The position numbers were made by a program, and so were the translations under genes. A DNA stretch of 17,487 bases from Sulfurimonadaceae bacterium (GTDB lineage Bacteria; Campylobacterota; Campylobacteria; Campylobacterales; Sulfurimonadaceae): positions 1-17,487 of the forward strand of contig JBFEXS010000036.1 of NCBI GenBank assembly GCA_041562555.1. Reading direction: 5' to 3'. This document shows, piece after piece, positions 8,122-16,926 of this stretch (position 1 is the first letter of the stretch; every line of letters starts with the position of its first letter). The notes beneath the pieces are model-generated. The model was not told the DNA's origin and did no database searches. It saw only the letters and a program-made list of their open reading frames with translations.

Positions 8122-8823
8122 ATGAATATATTCGTAACGGGAAGTTCGCGGGGATTAGGTGAGGCATTTGTAAATCATTACCTGACTTTGGGATGCAAGG
8201 TTTTGGGCATTGGACGATCGGAGGTAGAACGAAGGGACTATCTGTACAGACGTGTGGATATCTCCGATGAAAAGGAGTTGAAAAAACTGTTGGAAGAGAT
8301 GTTCCAAGAGATCAGTACACTTGATTTGATCGTCCTTAATGCGGGCATACTAGGGCGTATACAGGACGTCTCCGCATGTGATATGAAACAACTCAAAAAA
8401 GAGATGGATGTCAATATGTGGGCGAATAAGACGATCTTGGATTTTTTTATTGAAAAGAAGATTCCTGTCAAGCAGGTGATTGCTATATCATCGGGCGCAA
8501 GTGTGAACGGTTCTTTGGGGTGGAACGGCTATTCCCTCTCCAAAGCTGCCTTGAACATGCTGATCAAACTGTATGCCAGCGAGATGAAACAGACGCATCT
8601 GACCGCACTGGCTCCGGGCTTGGTCAAGACAGAGATGCTCGACAGTATTCTTCACGGTAGTCATGACACTGCACGTTATACCAGTGTACAAAGTCTGCGT
8701 GACAGTGAGGCGGCGGGTTTGGTATATACGCCTAAAGCAGTCGTTGAAAAGATCGTCTCATATCTACCCAGAATACGCAAGGAGTCAAGCGGTTCTTTTG
8801 TGGATATACGTGACCTTATCTAG
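8122..8823 (+). CDS. Short-chain dehydrogenase/reductase (SDR; benzil/sepiapterin-reductase-like)
   Basis: TGSSRGLG nucleotide-binding motif, LNAG, ISSGAS, catalytic YSLSK and APGLVKT. Start re-called to ATG 8122, which follows a GAGG SD and a TACAAT -10 at 8100-8105. Confidence 0.9.
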   Translation: MNIFVTGSSRGLGEAFVNHYLTLGCKVLGIGRSEVERRDYLYRRVDISDEKELKKLLEEMFQEISTLDLIVLNAGILGRIQDVSACDMKQLKKEMDVNMWANKTILDFFIEKKIPVKQVIAISSGASVNGSLGWNGYSLSKAALNMLIKLYASEMKQTHLTALAPGLVKTEMLDSILHGSHDTARYTSVQSLRDSEAAGLVYTPKAVVEKIVSYLPRIRKESSGSFVDIRDLI

Positions 8824-9463
8824 GCGGGCAGACAAAATAGCGCATGTTGATCGCTTTGAGCGTCGGGCTCCAGCCGATGTAACAGTCGTTTTTCAGCTGT
8901 TTCCAGTTCGTCTGAAAATAGTGTTCGAACACCTCACTGACATCACGATCAATGACAGCCATCCAGATAAAACCGACCTCTTTGAAGGCATGCACCTCCT
9001 TGCGCTTTCGAATAAGTTCCCGGAGGATGAACTCGACTCTGCATATATCATCCTCCCCGTCAAATGTGGCATAATCAAAGCTGGAGGCTATATGGCTGAC
9101 ACCGGAGATCTTTTTCCAAAAATCTCCGGTTCGTTTTGCTTCAAAAAGCGTCTCTTCCGGTGCATTTTCTTTCAGTGCAAGAAATTGTACGCAATGTACG
9201 GCCTGAGGTATTTCCGTCTTGATCGACTTCAAATGTGTCCTTGAATATATTGCAGGAGTTTCTCCCTTCTCGTCCAGAAGCCCGTTTTTCTCAAAGAATG
9301 AGACTGTCTCAGGCTCTTTCATCCTTGTGCGTGAATGGATTATGGAGATAGGAAAGGAGTCTTCCCATATCGTAGAACCTTCATTCAGGTGTGTCAAAAA
9401 GTTTTCTTCGGATAGATCACTCTTCTTTAGAGCAGCTTGGATCTCATTGACCAGTGTTTGCAT
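8816..9463 (-). CDS. Hypothetical protein (215 aa)
   Basis: ATG with an AAAGGAAG SD and an upstream TATAAT (9487-9492). It fills the gap between the SDR and yjbQ and has a globular-looking composition. No family recognised. Confidence 0.65.
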   Translation of the reverse strand: MQTLVNEIQAALKKSDLSEENFLTHLNEGSTIWEDSFPISIIHSRTRMKEPETVSFFEKNGLLDEKGETPAIYSRTHLKSIKTEIPQAVHCVQFLALKENAPEETLFEAKRTGDFWKKISGVSHIASSFDYATFDGEDDICRVEFILRELIRKRKEVHAFKEVGFIWMAVIDRDVSEVFEHYFQTNWKQLKNDCYIGWSPTLKAINMRYFVCPPR

Positions 9464-9571
9464 AAGGCTTCCTTTACATGAATGGCATTATAACTCTAAA
9501 GCTTATTGTTATTCTTATCTATAGTTTCTTGGACTATAATTTCAGCCAGTTATTATACACGGAGGTGATCC

Positions 9572-9991
9572 ATGAAAATGCAGCAACAAGAGATCCGTCT
9601 TAAAGCATATGCCAGAGGGTTTCATATCATCACGGATCTTATTGAAGAGACCATCTCGAAGATGGATGCCGTGGAAACAGGGATGATGCACCTGTTCATC
9701 AAACACACAAGTGCTTCACTCACGATCAATGAGAACGCAGATCCCTCTGTCCTGGAAGACATGGAGTCTTTTTACACGGACACAGCGGATGATAAAGCAT
9801 ACTATATCCATACCTACGAAGGAGCGGATGATATGCCGGCGCACATCAAAAGCACTCTGCTGGGCTCATCTGTTTCTATCCCTATATCGAATGGACGTCT
9901 GGCACTTGGGACATGGCAGGGGATTTATCTGGGAGAACATAGAGATCACGGGGGAAGGCGTGAGTTGGTACTGACGCTTTGGGGTGTTTAA
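9572..9991 (+). CDS. yjbQ: YjbQ/UPF0047 family protein (secondary thiamine-phosphate synthase enzyme)
   Basis: Signature motifs HTSASLTINENADPSV, EGADDMPAHIK and LGTWQGIYLGEHR. GGAGG SD and TATAAT at 9535-9540. Confidence 0.93.
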   Translation: MKMQQQEIRLKAYARGFHIITDLIEETISKMDAVETGMMHLFIKHTSASLTINENADPSVLEDMESFYTDTADDKAYYIHTYEGADDMPAHIKSTLLGSSVSIPISNGRLALGTWQGIYLGEHRDHGGRRELVLTLWGV

Positions 9992-10563
9992 CGCTCTATA
10001 AGAAGGTAGTGGCGCTTGTCGGTCTTGATGATCTTCACATGCTCGGCATCTTGGATCTCATCATAGACCCGTTCTCCTTTGAAGAACAGCAGCAGGGTGC
10101 CTTTGACGATAAAAGGCTGAGCAAAATCCATCAGGGTCTTTGTCTCTGTGACCGCCCGGGAGGTAATGAAGTCATAGGCAATCGGGGGAACCTGCTCGAT
10201 ACGCTTATTGAGTACCTCGACATTATTCAAACCCAGATCCGCTTTGATGAACTGCAAAAAACCTGCCCGCTTGGCCAAGGGTTCTACCAGGGTGAATTTT
10301 GTCGAACGCAAGGCCATCGCAAGTATCAATCCCGGAAAGCCTGCCCCCGTACCGATATCAAGAGCATTATTGATCTTGGGTAGGAAGCTTACAGGAAATA
10401 CAGAATCATATATATGCTCTGCGACCAGTTCTCTGGTCGTAGCTCCGGTAAGGTTATGGATCTTATTCCATTTAAGAAGGTGATCGGTATAGCGTTCGAC
10501 ATGCTCATAAAAGGTGTCAGGCAGAACGATCTTATCGGATTCAAGTTGGGCTTTTAGGTTCAT
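9988..10563 (-). CDS. rsmG: 16S rRNA m7G527 methyltransferase RsmG (GidB)
   Basis: LLKWNKIHNLTG, HIYDS, LDIGTGAGFPG, ITSRAV and FKG motifs. Its stop overlaps the yjbQ stop at TTAA 9988-9991. Confidence 0.96.
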   Translation of the reverse strand: MNLKAQLESDKIVLPDTFYEHVERYTDHLLKWNKIHNLTGATTRELVAEHIYDSVFPVSFLPKINNALDIGTGAGFPGLILAMALRSTKFTLVEPLAKRAGFLQFIKADLGLNNVEVLNKRIEQVPPIAYDFITSRAVTETKTLMDFAQPFIVKGTLLLFFKGERVYDEIQDAEHVKIIKTDKRHYLLIER

Positions 10564-10597
10564 AGTTTGACTTTATCAGTGGGTTAATCGTGATTGA

Positions 10598-10642
10598 ATT
10601 ATATCCAATTCGATCTCAAAGGGGTAGTAGATGCGCTATAAT
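10598..10642. promoter_or_regulatory. Divergent -10 boxes for rsmG (minus, 10598-10603) and the permease (plus, 10637-10642)
   Basis: Two perfect TATAAT hexamers in opposite orientation, each 25-35 nt upstream of its start codon. Confidence 0.5.
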
Positions 10643-10667
10643 TGCCTATCTTGATTGTGAGACATGA

Positions 10668-11627
10668 ATGAAACTGTTTTTGAAAAAAATGCTCTATTTG
10701 GCCTTTATGCTGTTGTTGATCTCTTTGATCTCCTTTGGGGCGATCCACGCTGCACCGAACAGTTTCTTCTCGGCAGGGGAACTTAATCCGAACATGACTC
10801 CCGAGGTCTTGGCACACCTCAAAGCGGTGTATGGGTTGGATAAACCTCTGCATATTCAATATCTTGACTGGATGAAGAACCTTCTTCAACTGAACTTTGG
10901 TGTCTCCTTTGTCAGTGGTCAGGAGGTGATCGACATGGTCAATGACCGTATCGGGATCACCCTTGTCATGAACATTGTCTCGATGTTCTTTGTCTTTGTA
11001 CTTTCGATCTACCTGGGGATAGTAGCTGCGATGAAGAGTGGAAGACTGAGCGATCTGTTGATCCGCCAGCTTTCGCTCTTTTCCTTTTCAATGCCTTCGT
11101 TTTATCTGGCACTCTTGCTTATACTGGCCTTATCGGTAAAACTGGAGTGGTTCCCAATCGCAGGACTCCATTCTATTGAGCCAAAGGAAGGATTCGCTTA
11201 CTACCTGGACATGGGATGGCATCTTTTTTTACCGATCTTCGTGATGGTCTTTGTCTCTTTAGGCTCGATGATCGTCTATGTGCGTTCTCTGGTCACCGAG
11301 ATACTTAAAAGTGACTATTACTTTTTTGCCAAGGCCAGAGGCTTGGAGGATAAGGTGCTCTTGCGATATTATGTGCTTCCAAACCTGATGCCACCGATCA
11401 TTACCCTGCTGGGGCTCTCCTTACCGGGTCTTATCGGGGGGTCTGTCATCCTGGAATCTATCTTCGGGATAGAGGGAATGGGACAGCTTTTTTATATGTC
11501 TGCTCTGAGTCGGGACTATCCGGTGATCATGGGGATCTTGATGGTCACAGCCTTTTTGACTCTTTTGGGAAATATGCTTTCTGATCTCATCCTGCTAAAA
11601 CTCAATCCCTATTTCAAACGCAGCTAG
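10668..11627 (+). CDS. ABC transporter permease, DppB/OppB/NikB family
   Basis: YGLDKPLHIQY, LNFGVSF, SMPSFYLA, EAA-like loop SDYYFFAKARGL, ESIFGIEGMG and SRDYPVIMG. Multiple transmembrane segments. Confidence 0.93.
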   Translation: MKLFLKKMLYLAFMLLLISLISFGAIHAAPNSFFSAGELNPNMTPEVLAHLKAVYGLDKPLHIQYLDWMKNLLQLNFGVSFVSGQEVIDMVNDRIGITLVMNIVSMFFVFVLSIYLGIVAAMKSGRLSDLLIRQLSLFSFSMPSFYLALLLILALSVKLEWFPIAGLHSIEPKEGFAYYLDMGWHLFLPIFVMVFVSLGSMIVYVRSLVTEILKSDYYFFAKARGLEDKVLLRYYVLPNLMPPIITLLGLSLPGLIGGSVILESIFGIEGMGQLFYMSALSRDYPVIMGILMVTAFLTLLGNMLSDLILLKLNPYFKRS

Positions 11628-11629
11628 GC

Positions 11630-11857
11630 TTATTGAAAATAGATAAAACAGATGCTTAGCAGGATAAACCCCATTCCAAACAGTTTGTAAAACTTTCCTG
11701 CCGATTCAATGGCTTTTTTCTCATCCTTTGTCTGTTCCAGTGTCTTTGTATAGATCTTATACCCAGAACCCTTGTCGTAACGCAGTAAAAATTTTATAGG
11801 CAAGACAATCAGTAATATGCCGATGCCAAAAAAGATCGAGATGATGAGTTGATGCAT
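11630..11857 (-). CDS. Small two-TM hypothetical membrane protein (75 aa)
   Basis: Two hydrophobic segments flank a charged loop. AAGGAG SD at 11866-11871. Confidence 0.7.
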   Translation of the reverse strand: MHQLIISIFFGIGILLIVLPIKFLLRYDKGSGYKIYTKTLEQTKDEKKAIESAGKFYKLFGMGFILLSICFIYFQ

Positions 11858-11877
11858 GATAGAGACTCCTTCGTGTC

Positions 11878-11906
11878 ATCTTAACGCAACTGGCTTTTGC
11901 TGTCAA
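11878..11906 (-). promoter_or_regulatory. Putative sigma70 promoter TTGACA-N17-TAAGAT for the small membrane protein gene
   Basis: On the minus strand, TTGACA (11901-11906) is followed by a 17-nt spacer and TAAGAT (11878-11883), just upstream of the SD. Confidence 0.45.
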
Positions 11907-11974
11907 TTCTGCAATTTATCCACGATTAGTTTTTATGCTTAGGCTGTGTAAAAAATTATACTAAGGGGAAAAAC

Positions 11975-13951
11975 ATGAAACGTGTACAATTGAGTATTTT
12001 AACATCGGTGTTCCTACTGTTGGGTTCGCCACATCTGCTTGTGGCACAAGAGAGTACTATCACAGAAGTAAAAGCCTATCAAGAAGTCAGTATCACTTCG
12101 GCAATACAGGCCCTGTTTGGTCATGTTAATGTGATACCGGATCCAAGAGTCATTTTGGAAGCACCGCAAATAGCTTCCAACGGAGCTGCTGTCCCTGTGC
12201 GGATTCGTACGACTATCCCTGCCAGGCGTATCGCACTCTTTCAAGATGCGAACCCTAAAGCATTGGTCGCAGTGTGGGAGCTGCATAAAAAAAGTGTGGC
12301 TGATTTTGAGATCAAAATCAAACTAAGAAGTGACGGGAATCCTAAGACCATCCGTGCGGTTGTCGAAGGGACGGACGGACGGTTGTATTACAGTGATGTA
12401 CAGATACAGATCGCTTTAGGAGGATGTGATGGTAGCGAAGGCAGTTATTCCGCTGCACCTTCTAGACCGGCCTATATGTCCGGACGAAGCTATGTACCTG
12501 CATCTCAAATCTCGCCCATGTCACTGCAAACTCCTCAACCGGGCAATACGGAGGAGTATAAAGCTATTAATGAAAACGGCTTCAAAGAGGTGCGCTCTTC
12601 GGCGCTGTCTACCTTTAGTACGGATGTCGACACCGCCTCGTATACAGTGATACGAAATTATCTTATGCAGCGTAACACGCTGCCTCCAAAAGATGCAGTG
12701 CGTATCGAAGAGATGATCAACTATTTTGAGTATGACTATGAGGAGGCAAGGGATGATCAACCTTTTTATATCAATACCCGTGTTGGAGAGAGTATCTGGA
12801 ACAAAGATACGAAGGTCATACAGATAGGCTTGCAGACGCAAAAAGTGGATATCAATGAACTTCCCGCAAGCAACCTGGTCTTTCTACTGGATGTATCAGG
12901 GTCGATGTATGCACCGAATAAACTGCCACTGTTAATCAAATCCCTTAAGCTGCTTGTGCAACAGCTGCGTGCGGTGGACAGGGTCTCTATCGTAGTCTAT
13001 GCAGGCTCATCAGGAGTGATTCTCAATCAGGCAAGCGGAGAAGAGAAAGGACGTATATATGCCGCTTTGGATAGTCTGCGAGCCGGTGGAAGTACTGCCG
13101 GAGGAGCAGGTATCAGGTTGGCCTATGATCTTGCTCAGCGTGCATTTATCCCTGGTGGAAACAACAGGGTGATACTTGCAACGGATGGAGATTTCAATGT
13201 AGGGGTGCGTAGTGAAAGTGCATTGGGTGAACTCATAGAGCAAAAACGTCAAAGCGGGGTGTACCTGAGTGTCCTCGGTTTTGGCAATGGAAATTATAAA
13301 GATAATCGTATGGAGGCATTGGCGGATAAAGGAAATGGAAACTACGCCTATATCGACAGCTTGCTTGAAGCCAAAAAGGTCTTGGTCACACAGATGAGCG
13401 GTACCCTGTATACCGTGGCCAAAGATGTGAAGATACAGGTGGAGTTCAATCCGGCAAAGGTACACTCCTACCGACTTATCGGATATGAGAACCGCTTGAT
13501 GGCAAATGAGGATTTTAATAATGACAAAAAGGATGCCGGAGAGATCGGTATGGGACACAGAGTCACCGCATTGTATGAGATCATTCCTGTATCCGATGAG
13601 CAAACACACCGAGTCGATCCATTGAAATATCAGTATGTCAGCTCTAATGATTATGAGGAGTTGGCCACGGTAAAGATACGTTATAAAGAACCTGACAAAG
13701 ATGAGTCGATACTGATGAGCAGCAGTGTCAAACCTGAGAGTTCGATGATCTCAAGGGATGATTTCTATTTTGCTCAGAGTGTGGCAGGATTCGGGATGAT
13801 ATTACGTAACTCTGTATATGCAAAAGGGCTTCAATATAAAGACGTGATAGCCTTGGCAAAAGATTGTAAGGGGATAGACAGAGACGGACATCGGGCGGAG
13901 ATGATTAAAATCATCGAAAAGGCGGAGATACTGCGACAGCTTCGGTATTAA
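11975..13951 (+). CDS. Secreted fusion protein: SoxY-like sulfur-carrier domain + YfbK-type von Willebrand factor A module
   Basis: Signal peptide at aa 1-24. SoxY-like domain at aa ~33-153 (APQIASNGAAVPV, ALFQDANP, IKL...AVVEGTDGRLY...IALGGCDG). Ser/Pro linker. YfbK motifs STFSTDVDTASY, AVRIEEMINYF, MIDAS FLLDVSGSM (12890-12904), ILATDGDFNVG, VAKDVKIQVEFNP, YRLIGYENR and DAGEIG. AAGGGG SD. Confidence 0.88.
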   Translation: MKRVQLSILTSVFLLLGSPHLLVAQESTITEVKAYQEVSITSAIQALFGHVNVIPDPRVILEAPQIASNGAAVPVRIRTTIPARRIALFQDANPKALVAVWELHKKSVADFEIKIKLRSDGNPKTIRAVVEGTDGRLYYSDVQIQIALGGCDGSEGSYSAAPSRPAYMSGRSYVPASQISPMSLQTPQPGNTEEYKAINENGFKEVRSSALSTFSTDVDTASYTVIRNYLMQRNTLPPKDAVRIEEMINYFEYDYEEARDDQPFYINTRVGESIWNKDTKVIQIGLQTQKVDINELPASNLVFLLDVSGSMYAPNKLPLLIKSLKLLVQQLRAVDRVSIVVYAGSSGVILNQASGEEKGRIYAALDSLRAGGSTAGGAGIRLAYDLAQRAFIPGGNNRVILATDGDFNVGVRSESALGELIEQKRQSGVYLSVLGFGNGNYKDNRMEALADKGNGNYAYIDSLLEAKKVLVTQMSGTLYTVAKDVKIQVEFNPAKVHSYRLIGYENRLMANEDFNNDKKDAGEIGMGHRVTALYEIIPVSDEQTHRVDPLKYQYVSSNDYEELATVKIRYKEPDKDESILMSSSVKPESSMISRDDFYFAQSVAGFGMILRNSVYAKGLQYKDVIALAKDCKGIDRDGHRAEMIKIIEKAEILRQLRY

Positions 13952-13957
13952 ACTCGA

Positions 13958-14000
13958 TGTTGGTATAGGCAGAGGGGCTTTGCTCCTCTGGCATACAGCA
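13958..14000. terminator. Hairpin between the convergent SoxY-VWA gene and nusA; possible bidirectional terminator
   Basis: Core stem CAGAGGGGC-TTT-GCTCCTCTG (13970-13990, one G-U pair), extendable imperfectly by GTAT/ATAC and TGTTG/CAGCA. No strong U-tract on either side. Confidence 0.45.
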
Positions 14001-15134
14001 TTATTTGAAAAGTGCCTCAAGGGAATCAATACCCTCTTTCTCTTCTTCGATCTCTCCGGTCTGGGAAGTAACGGTGCCTTCTTGCTCTTCAAGTTCGATA
14101 GCATAACCGGTAAGCATGGATGCAAGACGGATATTGATACCGCTTTTTCCGATCGCTTTGGACTTCTGATCTGAAGGAAGGATGACCTTTGCTTTTTTGT
14201 CTTCACCCTCGGCAGTATCTTGAATGACAACCGAGGAGATGATGGCCGGACTCATTGCACGGGAGATGAAAAGTTCCGGAACATTGGTGTATTCCACACA
14301 GTCGATATTCTCACCGTTCAGCTCTTCGCTGACGGCGTTGATACGTACACCCTTGACCCCTACGGTCGCACCTACAGGGTCGATCTTAGGATGGGTTGAG
14401 TACAGGGCGATCTTGGCACGCTCACCGGGAATACGTGCAGAGTGCTCGATCACGACGCTCTCGTCATTGATCTCAGGTACCTCAAGACGTAGAAGCTCCT
14501 CTAGAAACTTAGGAGAGGTACGGGAAAGTTCGATCACCATCCCGTCGGTTTTATCGACATTGACACGACGTACGACTGCTTTAAGGATATCACCTGCATT
14601 GAAGACCTCTCCTTTGATACGGCTCTTCATCGGAAGTACGGCACGGATCTCATCAAGCTCTACAAAGGTGTTGTTCGCTGAGTCAACACGAGTAACACGT
14701 CCGGAGATGATGGTACCGACTTTATTTTTGAACTTGTTATACAGTTCATCCTCTACCAGGCGTTGGATATGGAATTCGATCTCTCTATGAAGTTGGCCGG
14801 CAGCAGTACGCCCATAATCTTCAAGTTTGTGCTCATACTGCAGTTGGTCATCGATCTCTACATCCTCATCCAGTTCTTTTGCTTCAGTCAGTGAGATATA
14901 TGCGTCAGCCAGTTCCCCCTCTAGCTCTTCTGCATCGTCTTTAACAACGGTAATAATCTGGAATATACTTGCTGCACGTGTCTCTTCGTTGATTTCTACC
15001 TCATAGTCAAAGTGGTCTGAAATAACGCGTTTAGCAGTCTGTATGAAAGCAGTTTTAAGTGCCTCTTTTACTTTTTCCGGCTCTAGGCCTTTCTCGTGTG
15101 CAATTGATTCGATAATATCTACGATTTTTTCCAT
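14001..15134 (-). CDS. nusA: Transcription termination/antitermination factor NusA
   Basis: S1 and KH motifs: IELSRTSPKFL, LEVPEI, ARIPGERAK, DPVGATVGVKGVRI and AIGKSGINIRLA. Start re-called to ATG 15134 (MEKIVDIIE), which follows an AAGGA SD. Confidence 0.98.
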   Translation of the reverse strand: MEKIVDIIESIAHEKGLEPEKVKEALKTAFIQTAKRVISDHFDYEVEINEETRAASIFQIITVVKDDAEELEGELADAYISLTEAKELDEDVEIDDQLQYEHKLEDYGRTAAGQLHREIEFHIQRLVEDELYNKFKNKVGTIISGRVTRVDSANNTFVELDEIRAVLPMKSRIKGEVFNAGDILKAVVRRVNVDKTDGMVIELSRTSPKFLEELLRLEVPEINDESVVIEHSARIPGERAKIALYSTHPKIDPVGATVGVKGVRINAVSEELNGENIDCVEYTNVPELFISRAMSPAIISSVVIQDTAEGEDKKAKVILPSDQKSKAIGKSGINIRLASMLTGYAIELEEQEGTVTSQTGEIEEEKEGIDSLEALFK

Positions 15135-15246
15135 GGTTATATCCTTACAAATTTTCTGAAACATTGATAAGTTTAATAGGGGGAGACGATTCACCCACAC
15201 ATCCCATACACAGGGTATTTGGTAAATCTTATCAAAAGAGAAGAGT

Positions 15247-15297
15247 ATTATACTAAAAATAGCCTTAATACGTACTTTAGTAATAAAAAGATATAAT
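15247..15297. promoter_or_regulatory. Divergent -10 boxes for nusA (minus, 15247-15252) and the HP0268-miaB operon (plus, 15292-15297)
   Basis: Two perfect TATAAT hexamers in opposite orientation in an AT-rich intergenic region. Confidence 0.55.
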
Positions 15298-15348
15298 CGC
15301 GGTATTCATAAAACTCATAATGAGTAGAGATAAGAAAAGGAAATGACA

Positions 15349-15591
15349 ATGGAATTGAAGTTAGTACGTACAGAAATCAACGCAAAACCGAAAAAGACAG
15401 ACCTTGCAAAAATCGAAGCGATGGTAGAAAAAGATGGATCAGCGATCATCTATTTTGATAGAGACAACTCGCATAAAGACCTTATCGCATTGGGCGAGCA
15501 CTTTGAAAACTCGGAAAAAAGCTTTTACATGAGAGAAGTCCGTTATGGTCTTAACGATAACGACTACATGTACGAAGTACACGTTTTATAA
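15349..15591 (+). CDS. HP0268 family protein (small nuclease-like, Campylobacterota)
   Basis: MELKL...YFDRDNSHKDL...FYMREVRYGL..DYMYEVH resembles HP0268, and the position upstream of miaB matches known synteny. ATG 15349 is better spaced from the AAAAGG SD than ATG 15343. Confidence 0.85.
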   Translation: MELKLVRTEINAKPKKTDLAKIEAMVEKDGSAIIYFDRDNSHKDLIALGEHFENSEKSFYMREVRYGLNDNDYMYEVHVL

Positions 15592-15621
15592 TTTTTGTAC
15601 ATATTGCCAATAGAAGATTGA

Positions 15622-16926
15622 ATGTCTAAAAAAGTATTTATTGAAACACTCGGTTGCGCGATGAATGAGCGTGATACGGAACACATGATCGCAGAGTTGA
15701 GTGAAAAAGAGAATTATGAGCAGACCAGTGACAGTGACGATGCCGATCTGATCATCATCAATACCTGTTCGGTGCGTGAGCGTCCTGTACATAAACTCTT
15801 TTCCGAACTTGGCGGCTTTAACAAGAAGAAAAAGCCGGGTGCCAAGATCGGCGTGTGCGGTTGTACGGCATCACACCTTGGAAAAGATATCATCAAACGG
15901 GCTCCCTATGTGGATTTTGTTCTGGGTGCACGTAATGTCTCAAAGATCACAGAAGTGATCCATAAGCCCAAAGCAGTCGAGATCGATATCGATTATGATG
16001 AGAGTCAGTTCGCTTTTAAAGACTTTAGAAGCTCCCAACACAAGGCGTATGTAAACATCTCAATAGGGTGTGACAAGTCCTGTACCTTTTGTATCGTTCC
16101 TAAGACCCGGGGAGACGAGATCTCGATACCAACCGATCTGATCCTCAAAGAGTGTGAAAAAGCGACAGAGGCAGGGGCACAAGAGATCTTTCTTCTGGGA
16201 CAGAACGTCAACAATTATGGACGCCGTTTTTCCGGTGAGCATGAGAAGGTGAATTTCACAGAACTGCTTCGACGCATCTCCAAAATCGATAAGGTCAAGC
16301 GTATCCGTTTCACCTCTCCCCATCCTTTTCATATGGATGATGAGTTCTTGGAAGAGTTCGCTGCCAATGACAAGATCTGTAAGTCCATGCATATGCCGCT
16401 TCAAAGTGGCTCGAGTGAGATCCTGAAAGCGATGAAACGTGGGTATACCAAAGAGTGGTTCCTAAACCGTGCGAAAAAACTGCGTGAGATGGTTCCTGAC
16501 GTATCGATTTCAACGGATATCATCGTCGCTTTCCCGGGTGAGAGTGATTCGGATTTCGAAGATACTATCGATGTGATGAATCAGGTGAAGTTTGATCAGG
16601 TATTTTCTTTCAAATACTCCCCTAGACCATTGACAGAAGCGGCTGAGATGACCAATGAAGTAGATTCGGAAGTCGCAAGCGAGCGACTCGCGTATCTGCA
16701 AGGTTTTCAGAATTCCATCACCGATGAGATCACCGCCTCGTATCTGGATAAAGAGTATGAGGTCTTTTTTGAAGAAGTGCGTGAAGGGGGCTTTATCGCC
16801 GGACGCAGTGACAATAACATCTTGATCAAGGTCCAATCCGATGATGAAAGTCTATTAGGTACCTTCGCCAGAGTCAAGGTCGTCAAGACCGGCCGCATGG
16901 CACAAATCGGAGAACTTCTTGTTTAA
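15622..16926 (+). CDS. miaB: tRNA-2-methylthio-N6-dimethylallyladenosine synthase MiaB
   Basis: UPF0004 N-terminus ([21 protein letters not shown]), radical [38 protein letters not shown] and a C-terminal TRAM-like domain. Confidence 0.97.
   Translation: MSKKVFIETLGCAMNERDTEHMIAELSEKENYEQTSDSDDADLIIINTCSVRERPVHKLFSELGGFNKKKKPGAKIGVCGCTASHLGKDIIKRAPYVDFVLGARNVSKITEVIHKPKAVEIDIDYDESQFAFKDFRSSQHKAYVNISIGCDKSCTFCIVPKTRGDEISIPTDLILKECEKATEAGAQEIFLLGQNVNNYGRRFSGEHEKVNFTELLRRISKIDKVKRIRFTSPHPFHMDDEFLEEFAANDKICKSMHMPLQSGSSEILKAMKRGYTKEWFLNRAKKLREMVPDVSISTDIIVAFPGESDSDFEDTIDVMNQVKFDQVFSFKYSPRPLTEAAEMTNEVDSEVASERLAYLQGFQNSITDEITASYLDKEYEVFFEEVREGGFIAGRSDNNILIKVQSDDESLLGTFARVKVVKTGRMAQIGELLV

Noticed and set aside
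10668..11627. Orphan DppB/OppB permease without its ABC partners
   Set aside because: Scattered peptide-ABC genes are common in Campylobacterota, so this is not unusual.
15135..15200. N-terminal extension of NusA given by the ORF track (start 15200); similar extensions at 2747 and 8038
   Set aside because: Downstream starts (15134, 2687, 8122) have proper SD sequences and match the expected family N-termini.
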